From the NCBI GenBank assembly GCA_020053615.1, contig JAGVMW010000025.1:1-32936 (forward strand): 32,936 nt of DNA. Reading direction: 5' to 3'. Both the position numbers and the translations under genes were made by a program. The DNA is from an archaeon (GTDB lineage Archaea > Nanobdellota > Nanobdellia > Woesearchaeales > GW2011-AR9). Positions 24,727 to 32,845 of the stretch are shown one piece after another. The first letter of the stretch is position 1. Each line of letters begins with the position of its first letter. Under the pieces are notes generated by a model that saw only the letters and a program-made list of their open reading frames with translations, did no database searches and was not told the origin of the DNA.

Positions 24727-26559
24727 ATGACTACGTTTTACTCCGAATTCATCTCTGCACTTAAACATCAACGACTCTCAGCTAAGCAATACGACAAGCT
24801 AAAGCTAGAACTGGTCGTAAAGTACAAACTTAATCAAGTCCCGACTAATATAAACGTTTTACTGCACTGCACTCCAACAGATTTCTCTAAATTGAAAGAT
24901 AAGCTTATCAGCAAACCCCAACGCACTATTTCAGGAGTGGCTCCGGTAGCGATTATGACTAAGCCTTTTCCCTGTCCGCATGGAAAATGTATTATGTGTC
25001 CTGGTGGTGTGGATAGCGTATTTGGAGATGTACCTCAATCATATACTGGCAAAGAACCAGCAACTATGCGAGGGATAAGAAACAATTTCGACCCATACCT
25101 GCAAGTATTCAATCGCTTAGAGCAATATATTTTACAAGGTCATAATTGTGATAAAGTAGAATTAATTGTTATGGGAGGCACGTTTCCTAGTTTTCCGACA
25201 GAGTACCAAGAAGAATTCATTAAGTATGCATTTAAAGCGATGAATGATTTTTCAGGATTGTTTTACGATAAACATGGAACATTCAACCTGCTCAAGTTCA
25301 AACGTTTCTTTGAGCTTCCGGCAGATATTGAAGATGATTTACGAATGAAAAGAATACAGGAAAAGCTGCTTGGGGTTAAAGGGAAGTGCACCTTAGAGCA
25401 GCAACAGCACCTAAATGAAACCGCTAAAATCAGGTGCGTCGCCCTCTGCATCGAAACTCGTCCGGATTATGGAACTTTGAAAGAAGGAAATGAAATGCTA
25501 CGCTTAGGCTGCACTCGAGTAGAATTAGGAATACAAAGTGTATACGATGAAGTGTTAAAGAAGATAGAACGCGGACATACGACTGCTGATACGAAGAATT
25601 CTATCCGAATCCTGCGCGACTTGGGGTTTAAAGTAGCGGCACATTACATGCCCGGACTTCCAGATAAAGATTTTAAGAGGATTAGTTATCACAAAGATTT
25701 AACCGGGATGAAACAATTATTTTCTGATTCCGATTACAAGCCAGATATGCTGAAAATATATCCATGCATGGTCTCGCGTGGAACAAAATTATATTCTCAT
25801 TACCATGCCAAGAAGTTTACCCCCCTAAACGCTGAGGAAGCAGCTAAGTTATTGGTAGAATTCAAACAATTTGTACCGGAATATTGCCGAATTATGCGCA
25901 TTCAACGAGATATTCCTACTACTCAGATGACTGCCGGAGTGGAAATGACTAATCTACGACAGTATATGACTCAGAATTACGAAGTAACCTGTAAGTGCAT
26001 CCGCTGTCGTGAGCCGAAAGGAAGAAAGATTAGTTGGAGCAAAGTTAAGCTGAATGTGATGGAATATACTGCTTCGCAGGATAAAAGTATGTGCATAGCA
26101 TCATCAAGTCGAAATACTACGATTATCGAAGCTGGCGCGTCGCGGGGAGATGCCCCCTACGGGGACGCAGCGCTTGCGAATTCACATCCAGAATTTCGAA
26201 GATGCTATGCACATACAGGAAAAGAGTTTTTTATTTCAGCAGAAGATACTGAGAATGATTTGCTCATTGGATTTATCAGAATGCGTTTTCCATCGCAGGT
26301 TCTGCACTCCGAGATTACCTCAGCCAGCGCTTTGATACGAGAACTGCATGTTTATGGCACGGCTACTGGAATCGGCGAAGAAGGGAGTATACAACATCGC
26401 GGCTGGGGTAAGAAGTTATTACAGAAAGCAGAAGAGATTGCTAAGAAGGCAGGGAAAGATAAATTGGTGGTTATTTCCGGAGTAGGGGCACGGGAGTATT
26501 ACCGCAAGTTAGGATATAAGTTGGAAGGAGCATATATGACCAAAAAACTACAAACTTGA
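24727..26559 (+). CDS. elp3: Elp3 (radical-SAM / GNAT tRNA U34 modification enzyme), carrying a 44-codon in-frame insertion
   Basis: Radical-SAM cluster motif PCPHGKCIMCPGG, VMGGTFPS and CIETRPDY, and GNAT motif QHRGWGKKLLQKAEEIAKKAG. The open frame reads through palindromic element D at 26086-26217. Confidence 0.9.
   Translation: MTTFYSEFISALKHQRLSAKQYDKLKLELVVKYKLNQVPTNINVLLHCTPTDFSKLKDKLISKPQRTISGVAPVAIMTKPFPCPHGKCIMCPGGVDSVFGDVPQSYTGKEPATMRGIRNNFDPYLQVFNRLEQYILQGHNCDKVELIVMGGTFPSFPTEYQEEFIKYAFKAMNDFSGLFYDKHGTFNLLKFKRFFELPADIEDDLRMKRIQEKLLGVKGKCTLEQQQHLNETAKIRCVALCIETRPDYGTLKEGNEMLRLGCTRVELGIQSVYDEVLKKIERGHTTADTKNSIRILRDLGFKVAAHYMPGLPDKDFKRISYHKDLTGMKQLFSDSDYKPDMLKIYPCMVSRGTKLYSHYHAKKFTPLNAEEAAKLLVEFKQFVPEYCRIMRIQRDIPTTQMTAGVEMTNLRQYMTQNYEVTCKCIRCREPKGRKISWSKVKLNVMEYTASQDKSMCIASSSRNTTIIEAGASRGDAPYGDAALANSHPEFRRCYAHTGKEFFISAEDTENDLLIGFIRMRFPSQVLHSEITSASALIRELHVYGTATGIGEEGSIQHRGWGKKLLQKAEEIAKKAGKDKLVVISGVGAREYYRKLGYKLEGAYMTKKLQT
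26086..26217 (+). mobile_element. Palindromic structured element, copy D, inserted in frame within elp3
   Basis: 16-bp perfect outer stem GTATGTGCATAGCATC (26087-26102) / GATGCTATGCACATAC (26201-26216), bulge ATCAAG, second stem TCGAAAT/ATTTCGA, GCGTC/GACGC, and core GGGGAGATGCCCCCTACGGGGA. With one flanking A on each side the length is 132 nt. Confidence 0.85.
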
Positions 26560-26598
26560 GCGTTTGCTTTTTATATAACTTCAACTTTACTTCTAAAC

Positions 26599-27375
26599 AT
26601 GCTCAAAAGAGGTCAGATAACTGTATTTATTATACTTGGAATATTAGTGTTTGGCACAATTATCGCTTTAGTTTACTTCAAATCAGAAAAAGCACAGAAA
26701 GAGTTAGGGACAGAAGAAGCTTTGGTTGAATCTGGTCCTGCTAAAGAAGCCATCAAAAGTTATGTTGAATCGTGCATCAAGAATACAGCGAAAGAAGGGA
26801 TTCTGGAGAACGGTTACCACGGCGGATATTTTATACTTCCCGAACAATCAACAATCGGGTTATTTGACAACGTGCCGTATTACAAAGTGTACTCACAAGA
26901 TTTCTCTCCTTCGGATGAAGTAATTGCATCTGAATTGGGAAAATATGTTGATGCTCTGCTTGATTTGTGCATTAATGATTTTCAACCGTTTATGGAGCAG
27001 GGATACAATATTACTGTTGGAAATCCCTCTTCAGCAATTAAATTATCACTAACTAAACTTAGCATAGAAACTACACTTCCGTTAACCGTGACATTAGGAA
27101 CTACTGTTACTGAAATATCTTCATTTTATGCCGAAGTTCCAACAAAAGATTATTATAATGATTTAGAAGTAGCTAGAGTTATAGCCAATTCCACCAACAA
27201 GATGATTTGTCTAAGTTGTTTCTCGGACTTGGCAGTAGAAAATGATTTGTTTGTAGGAACTTATGCTATTTCTAATGATACTTATCTGTTTGAAATTACT
27301 GATAACAATTATGTTATTGATTATAACAACTTTAAGCTAAGATTTGCGGTGAGGTATAATGAAAGTACCGAATAG
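26599..27375 (+). CDS. Hypothetical secreted or pilin-like protein (possible class III signal peptide)
   Basis: The N-terminus MLKRGQ-ITVFIILGILVFGTIIALVYF resembles archaeal prepilin-type signals (basic residues, then Gly, then a hydrophobic helix). Confidence 0.55.
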   Translation: MLKRGQITVFIILGILVFGTIIALVYFKSEKAQKELGTEEALVESGPAKEAIKSYVESCIKNTAKEGILENGYHGGYFILPEQSTIGLFDNVPYYKVYSQDFSPSDEVIASELGKYVDALLDLCINDFQPFMEQGYNITVGNPSSAIKLSLTKLSIETTLPLTVTLGTTVTEISSFYAEVPTKDYYNDLEVARVIANSTNKMICLSCFSDLAVENDLFVGTYAISNDTYLFEITDNNYVIDYNNFKLRFAVRYNESTE

Positions 27376-29734
27376 AGTTGTAAGTATGATTGTACTTCTT
27401 GCTTTACTTAGTTCTCTCTCTTTTGCTGAGGAGACTTTCGACGCTAATAAATTTGATTACAATAATCCCGATGGCTATAACGCTTTAAGTGTAGATGAAT
27501 GGAAACAGCTGAATCAGAAACTAGTTCCGATAGACCAAATTAGTTTAATTCCTCCGGAAGTGCTGGATTACAGCCAAATTAAAGATGATGAAGCCAAACG
27601 TCAAGCTCTTACAATAGAGCAAATTAAAGTTAATCTGGAAAAGATTGATAATTTGGCTGAAGTTAATGCAGAAAATGCTCGACAGGCAATTAGCGAAGAG
27701 CATTCAGTTAGTGTGGTTAGCTTTGGAAAGTCAGCAAAAATCGAAAACGGTGTGCTTAAATCCGATGATGGCGATTTTGTGTTCTCTGGTAAAAACGGTT
27801 GGGAGATAGAGGTTGATAAAGAAACGGGAAGAATTAAAGTTCTTAAACCAAAAGAGGTAAGTGCAGAAAGTATTTCGCAACAAGATTATTTTACCCTAAC
27901 TGAAGAGACCAGTTATACTCCTGCAGATGGTTCTGCAATTAAAGTTAAGCAGTTGAGTTTCAAAGATGGGAAGTCTTATGTTCAAGCCGGGGAAGAGGCT
28001 ACGATTGGAGATTATAAAATTCCGGCTACTGGCAACTCAGTGGATATTTATTTTGATGCCACAGTTAAGCCAGAAGGGAATTATGTGGTGATAACGGATA
28101 ACGGCTTAGATATTGGAACGACTAAAGACGGAACAGTTAGAGTAATTCCACAGCCAGGGAATAAGTTGTTTGGGATGGTGAAGCGGCAGTATGAAAAAGA
28201 CGCAGACGGGAAGCCGATTAAAGATAAGTTTATCTGGGTGCCGGATGATAGAGATACACTTTCAATAACAGTTTCCGGAGGAGATAACTTGGAAGTTATT
28301 TCTCGTGCAGAAGAGGGCAAAACCACCCTAATAAAGCACCAGAATGGAGACGGAAAAACAAGTTTAGAAAATGGTCGAATGGAAATAAACTTTCTGGCAG
28401 GGGAATTAACTGTGATTCCACCTAAACCATTCGAAGGAAAGGCTGGCCCCATAGACCAGAGGAATAGTGTTGCCATGGAATTAGTCTCAGACGGTTTAGC
28501 AGATCTTTTTAGAACAAGCTCTTCTAATAGATATATTTTATTAAGAAATGATAAACCTTTTGGGGGGAATAGTTTGGGGTTGGAAGTTTCTGATTTTATT
28601 GAACCAAATATGATGAAAACTTTAATGGATATGCAGATGAAATACCCCAAAATAGATTTTTCTATCGGAATGGCAACCGCAGAAAGTAGGGAAGTGTATC
28701 TTAAAAAAGGATATGGCAATCCTACTCCCCCAGAATACCAAGAGATTACAGCTAATTTAGCTCAGACCACAGACCAATGGTTAAGCGGAAAAACTGGCAT
28801 GAATAAATATATCTCTCAAGTATACTTTGGTACGCAATTAAATGCAGGAGGTACTTTGTTAACCATGTCCATAGGAGAAAGAATGATGGACAGTTCCACT
28901 ATTTCCTCTAATCCTGCAATCAGAACCGGAACTACACCTTTAGGCACATTAAATCATGAATTTAAACACATTCTGAAAGGTTACGTAATCTCTAAAGAAG
29001 CATCCTCTGTGCATCTTGAGGATTCACCGGAATATCTTGTTGAAGAACAATCAGTTCTAAAAAAATTTGAATCAGGAGAGATAACTGAAAACGAATTAAA
29101 CAGTCAGATTATGAAATTAGGAGACAAACACTTCAAAGAGACTATTAAATCGAGAGGTATCGAAAGGGAAGAAAACAAGATAGCAGTTAGTCTTGCTGAT
29201 GAAGTGTACATTGATTCTTCTAAAGATTTTGAAATGATTGTAGAAGAAGTAACAGCAGTAGCAAGAAGATCACAAGACAAAGGAAAAGGTGTAACTAACG
29301 ACGAAAATTTAAAATCACTTATTTTAGAAAGTAAAGATTCCCCCCTCAGAGCGAACTATATCTATCAAATGGGTGCTAATTTGGACTATTGGGCTGAAGA
29401 AAAGATTGACGGGGCGGAAGAATTAAGAAAAAGATATGTTAATTTAATACGGGGAAAAACTGGTTTTTATCCGTATGCATTTAGGGTTTACGGAGAAAAT
29501 TATGAAGAAATATTTCCATTGTATAGTGAGTCGCCCATTTCCGAAGCCAAAAAATGTTTATCTTGTGCCAGGTCAGAATACGACCTAGCAATGAGTACTG
29601 ACCCTCCAGACTGGCTTCGTAAACAGGCCGAAGACAGATATTATCAAATTATGGGAGGCAAAGATGGAGCATATTGCAAAGAACATGGATGTGAACCATG
29701 CAAAACATACAAACTTACTTGTAACCCAATGTGA
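27359..29734 (+). CDS. Large secreted protein with an HExxH motif (possible zincin metalloprotease) and a Cys-rich C-terminus
   Basis: SD GGTGAGGT is upstream. It has a signal-peptide-like MIVLLALLSSLSFAEE, the motif LGTLNHEFKHILKG, and C-terminal CLSC...CKEHGCEPCKTYKLTC. It overlaps the previous gene by 17 nt. Confidence 0.7.
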   Translation: MKVPNRVVSMIVLLALLSSLSFAEETFDANKFDYNNPDGYNALSVDEWKQLNQKLVPIDQISLIPPEVLDYSQIKDDEAKRQALTIEQIKVNLEKIDNLAEVNAENARQAISEEHSVSVVSFGKSAKIENGVLKSDDGDFVFSGKNGWEIEVDKETGRIKVLKPKEVSAESISQQDYFTLTEETSYTPADGSAIKVKQLSFKDGKSYVQAGEEATIGDYKIPATGNSVDIYFDATVKPEGNYVVITDNGLDIGTTKDGTVRVIPQPGNKLFGMVKRQYEKDADGKPIKDKFIWVPDDRDTLSITVSGGDNLEVISRAEEGKTTLIKHQNGDGKTSLENGRMEINFLAGELTVIPPKPFEGKAGPIDQRNSVAMELVSDGLADLFRTSSSNRYILLRNDKPFGGNSLGLEVSDFIEPNMMKTLMDMQMKYPKIDFSIGMATAESREVYLKKGYGNPTPPEYQEITANLAQTTDQWLSGKTGMNKYISQVYFGTQLNAGGTLLTMSIGERMMDSSTISSNPAIRTGTTPLGTLNHEFKHILKGYVISKEASSVHLEDSPEYLVEEQSVLKKFESGEITENELNSQIMKLGDKHFKETIKSRGIEREENKIAVSLADEVYIDSSKDFEMIVEEVTAVARRSQDKGKGVTNDENLKSLILESKDSPLRANYIYQMGANLDYWAEEKIDGAEELRKRYVNLIRGKTGFYPYAFRVYGENYEEIFPLYSESPISEAKKCLSCARSEYDLAMSTDPPDWLRKQAEDRYYQIMGGKDGAYCKEHGCEPCKTYKLTCNPM

Positions 29735-29791
29735 ATTTACTCAAAACCAAGAAAAAACTATATAAAGCTCCCCAATAATTAATCTAAAACC

Positions 29792-29929
29792 ATGAAAAAA
29801 ATGCATACTCGTACTAAAAGAAAGTTCAGGTTAAGAGATTTAACCAGCGGAACTAAAGCTCTTCGTGAGATTAGACGAAAAGCTACCAGCAGACTACAAC
29901 GAAGTGTAAAAGAAACCAAAGAAGCTAAA
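29792..29929 (+). CDS. Small, very basic hypothetical ORF (45 aa)
   Basis: My manual translation is MKKMHTRTKRKFRLRDLTSGTKALREIRRKSYQQTTTKCKRNQRS. It fills an otherwise empty 217-nt gap before dph5. I see no SD and no recognised family. Confidence 0.25.
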
Positions 29930-29952
29930 GAAGCAAGGTAATTATTATTCTA

Positions 29953-30711
29953 ATGGTTTTATACCTAATTGGCCTGGGTTTGAATGACGAGAAGGACATC
30001 ACCCTCAAAGGGCTGGAAGCGGTTAAAAAGTGCACTCAAATCTATTTGGAAAACTACACTTCATTCCTGCAATGTTCGGTTCAAGAGTTAGAACAATTCT
30101 ATGGGAAGAAAATTATTTTAGCCGATAGAGAGATGTCTGAACAAGGAGCAGAAAAAATTGTAGATGAAGCTAAGAGCAAAGATATAGCATTTTTAATCAT
30201 CGGCGACCCTTTCTCAGCTACTACCCACACCGAGATTTTTCGCTTGGCTAAAGAGAAAAAAGTTTTGGTAAAAGTAATTAACAATGCTTCAGTTCTAACC
30301 GCAGTCGGAATTACTGGACTGCAATTATACAAATTCGGGAAAACTACTTCGATTCCTTTCCCCGAAGAGCACCCTAACTTAGAAACCCCTTATATTGTGC
30401 TAAAAGATAACCTGAAGTTAGGATTGCATACGCTTATGCTTCTCGATCTTAGACCAGCTGGGAACAAATATTTGAGTATCAATAAAGCATTAGAAGTATT
30501 GGAAGAGATTGAAGCTAGAAAGAAAAGCAAGCTTATAACATCAGACTTATTAATAGTCGGCTGTGCGCGTTTAGGTAGCGATAATTTTATTATTAAATAT
30601 GGCCGAATTTCTGAACTGAAGAAGATGGATTTTGGAAAGCCGCCGCATTGTTTGATAGTTCCAGGGAAGCTGCATTTTGCCGAAGAGGAGATGTTGGAAG
30701 AGTGGAAGTGA
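29953..30711 (+). CDS. dph5: Diphthine synthase
   Basis: MVLYLIGLGLNDEKDITLKGLEAVKKC..., FLIIGDPFSATTH and PHCLIVPGKLHF are typical of the tetrapyrrole-methylase-fold diphthine synthase. The enzyme is restricted to archaea and eukaryotes. Confidence 0.9.
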   Translation: MVLYLIGLGLNDEKDITLKGLEAVKKCTQIYLENYTSFLQCSVQELEQFYGKKIILADREMSEQGAEKIVDEAKSKDIAFLIIGDPFSATTHTEIFRLAKEKKVLVKVINNASVLTAVGITGLQLYKFGKTTSIPFPEEHPNLETPYIVLKDNLKLGLHTLMLLDLRPAGNKYLSINKALEVLEEIEARKKSKLITSDLLIVGCARLGSDNFIIKYGRISELKKMDFGKPPHCLIVPGKLHFAEEEMLEEWK

Positions 30712-30719
30712 AATTAGTC

Positions 30720-31157
30720 TTATATGCTGGCTTCGTTCTTTTCAAAGTTAACGTTCAATTTCTCTAACAACCCATTAAACCCGATTATCAATGGGATCTG
30801 GTCGGTTTCAGCAAGAAAGGCACAGATTTCAAGTTCTTTTGTCTGGTTTCCGTTTTCATCAACTATTAGTGAAGTAACTTTTCCGATATCTCCTAAGATA
30901 GAGCAACCTTCCTGTTTTGATATTCCATATATCTTATACCGCTTAATTTTCTCATGCACCAGTTCTTTCCAAAGTGACAGAGGAATAACTGAAGTATGCG
31001 CACCGGTATCAACAATTGCAGAATAAGGTTGACTCCAACCAGATTTAGTTTTAAACTGAACTCCGCATTTTAACCTAACAATAGTATAATTGTCTATTTC
31101 AGCATCTCTGAACGTCTCAAAAAACAAATTAACTCTGCCCATAAATGTGTTCTCCAC
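30720..31157 (-). CDS. Retropepsin-like aspartic protease
   Basis: It has the hallmark AIVDTGAHTSVIP (D-T-G-A) and a C-terminal LIIGFNGL. An alternative start is at 31142. Confidence 0.75.
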   Translation of the reverse strand: MENTFMGRVNLFFETFRDAEIDNYTIVRLKCGVQFKTKSGWSQPYSAIVDTGAHTSVIPLSLWKELVHEKIKRYKIYGISKQEGCSILGDIGKVTSLIVDENGNQTKELEICAFLAETDQIPLIIGFNGLLEKLNVNFEKNEASI

Positions 31158-31359
31158 ATTCTACAAACAATACTGGAACATCTTCCTTGCCAGTTTTTAC
31201 CCGAGCTTCCATCTTCACTCGAGAAAGATCCGAACCAAAAGAGACAACTTCTTTGTCTTGTATAGCCACCCACAAGTCTTTATATCTCAATAAAAGTTGA
31301 GTATGATGATTCTCCCCCCACCGTAAGTCCTCCCAGAATTCCTGCATGGCTTTATTCAT
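31129..31359 (-). CDS. Small protein resembling DUF5678, overlapping the protease gene
   Basis: LLLRYKDLWVAIQDKEVVSFGSDLSRV fits the (Y-x-G/D-x-WVAI-x-D-x-x-VV-x-x-G-x-D) pattern I associate with DUF5678. SD GGTGA is upstream. It overlaps the downstream protease ORF. Confidence 0.6.
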   Translation of the reverse strand: MNKAMQEFWEDLRWGENHHTQLLLRYKDLWVAIQDKEVVSFGSDLSRVKMEARVKTGKEDVPVLFVECGEHIYGQS

Positions 31360-31553
31360 TCATTATCACCAGCATTAGAAAAACTATTGGAATTATTAAA
31401 CTTTCTGGTGCAATTTTACATCACTGGATTAGTTGTCATTTCTGAGATATATACAACAAATGCAAAAAACTTATAAAAGAATAGTAAAAGATTATTTTTA
31501 GGGAACTTTTTCCGATTCAAAAGAAGTTATTAGGCGAATGCCTCACTTTTGAT

Positions 31554-31573
31554 GCAACTTTTGTAAAAGTTGC
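31554..31573. promoter_or_regulatory. 20-bp near-perfect palindrome GCAACTTTT-GT-AAAAGTTGC upstream of the peptidase gene; operator-like
   Basis: The 9-bp arms are exact reverse complements with a 2-nt centre, too tight for an RNA hairpin and typical of a dimeric DNA-binding site. It lies 23-42 nt before the ATG at 31596. Confidence 0.35.
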
Positions 31574-31595
31574 TTTGGAAGAGTTTTTCTGGGCG

Positions 31596-32750
31596 ATGAT
31601 TAGAATAAACCTCAACTACAAACAAGAACCCCTCTCACTAGCTGAAAGAATATCCAAAAACAATGCTGTAATGTATATTCAAGATGGATATGATAAATTG
31701 AGGAAAAAAAATACCTTCTATGAAAATCTCTTGCGGAAAATGGCATGCACAGAGAATGAACCCCCCTCTACTTTAGCTCTTAAGCTCAAATCATCTTTTT
31801 CATTTCCTTCTCTTTCAGTTCCCGCTTGGGCAAAAACAGCCCTTTCTTTTGCTACCGTAGCAGTTATGGGTATAACCGGAGGGATGTGTGTTACGGCTTA
31901 TTATACCAATCATCAGCCTTCAGTAAAACTTGGTGAAATGACCGCTATAGCCAGCACTTACAATCAAATATCAAAAGATAATATAGAAAGAGCTGCGTTA
32001 GGATTACTTACCCAAGATAAATTACACGAATTTGCTTCTAATTTAGAACCGCCGCAACTAAATCTGCCAGATACTTCTGGTTTAGAATTAGCCGTAGAAG
32101 AAATGACAAATAAAGCCGCAGTTTGTTATTCTTTAAATCCAATTGAAGCTCCTAATCCTATTAATCAATCAAAATATTTTAAACATTTGAAATGGGCAGA
32201 GATGCCTGCGACGGATTATTTGAACATTCCTGCCCGAAAACAACGAACTAAGTTTGGAGCAGTTGAATTGATTAACAGTGTGGCTCTGGCGGCTTGTGCT
32301 ACTAATGTTTACTATTCCTATTCTGGTTATTCTCCAGTACTTACGATTGGTGATTTAAGCGGTGCAAGGGGGGGTAGACTTCCTCCGCACCTAAGTCATC
32401 GTCACGGAATAGACATTGATATAGGACACTATTGGTACGAAGATGGCGAGTACAAGAGCGGATTCAGGGGATTAAGTATGAAGATGCTCACTTCAGAAAC
32501 TTTGGAAGCCAACTGGCGATTTGTTAAATCATTGCAAGATGCTCCTGGCTCAGAGATAGAATACATTTTCTGGAGCCAGCGATATGTTTATCCGTTGAAA
32601 AAGTATGTGACCGAAAAGTATGGTAAAGAAGAATGGCAGAAATACGGCAAAGCTTTTTACCCTGACCGAAAACATGGCGACCACATGCACATCAGGATAG
32701 AGATACCGCCTAAACCGGCAGAGGAAGAGAAGGAAGGGAAGTGTTGTTAA
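31596..32750 (+). CDS. Membrane-anchored LAS-superfamily metallopeptidase, MepA-like (penicillin-insensitive murein endopeptidase type)
   Basis: Zinc-ligand motifs GGRLPPHLSHRHGIDIDIGHYW (H-x6-D) and HGDHMHIRI (H-x-H) are as in MepA/peptidase M74. It has one TM helix, LSFATVAVMGITGGMCVTAYY. The track ORF begins at TTG 31575; I prefer the ATG at 31596. Confidence 0.75.
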   Translation: MIRINLNYKQEPLSLAERISKNNAVMYIQDGYDKLRKKNTFYENLLRKMACTENEPPSTLALKLKSSFSFPSLSVPAWAKTALSFATVAVMGITGGMCVTAYYTNHQPSVKLGEMTAIASTYNQISKDNIERAALGLLTQDKLHEFASNLEPPQLNLPDTSGLELAVEEMTNKAAVCYSLNPIEAPNPINQSKYFKHLKWAEMPATDYLNIPARKQRTKFGAVELINSVALAACATNVYYSYSGYSPVLTIGDLSGARGGRLPPHLSHRHGIDIDIGHYWYEDGEYKSGFRGLSMKMLTSETLEANWRFVKSLQDAPGSEIEYIFWSQRYVYPLKKYVTEKYGKEEWQKYGKAFYPDRKHGDHMHIRIEIPPKPAEEEKEGKCC

Positions 32751-32765
32751 GTTATAATTTATTTA

Positions 32766-32845
32766 TATTTGTTTAGCATCATCAGGTTGAAATTCTCTTT
32801 AATGAGTTCAGCTAGAGTGACAGGGGGACTTGCCCCACAATGTCA
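32766..32845 (+). repeat. Palindromic structured element, copy E (clear left half; right half degenerate or lost)
   Basis: TATTTGTTTAGCATC, then ATCAGG, then TTGAAATTC ... GTGACAGGGGGACTTGCCCC matches the left arm and core of B/C. The sequence then diverges (ACAATGTCA...) and a T-run follows at 32857-32866. Confidence 0.65.

Noticed and set aside
26086-26217. The elp3 insertion as an intein or a canonical archaeal bulge-helix-bulge intron.
   Set aside because: At 44 residues it is far too short for an intein, and it lacks the terminal Cys/Ser...His-Asn signature. The termini form an uninterrupted 16-bp helix followed by a 6x1 asymmetric loop. They do not form the 3-nt bulge / 4-bp helix / 3-nt bulge motif, and the flanking exon sequences do not pair. 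RNA-level removal is therefore not excluded but is not supported by the sequence.
28081-28719. A 212-aa antisense ORF inside the 791-aa secreted-protein gene, and similar antisense or alternative-frame ORFs in the track (for example 1864-2202, 2282-2575, 3873-4193, 9453-9785, 10079-11137, 17732-17932, 19422-19640, 30724-31026).
   Set aside because: All are fully embedded opposite or out of frame within longer ORFs that have recognisable domains or SD-led starts. Their translations are low-complexity with odd composition, and none has a start context. I treat them as shadow ORFs.
29792-29929. The small basic ORF contains GTKALREIRRKSYQ, which resembles the histone H3 segment GTVALREIRRYQKS.
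   Set aside because: It is a match of about 10 residues in a 45-aa Arg/Lys-rich peptide with no histone fold following. This is most likely chance. The ORF itself is only weakly supported.
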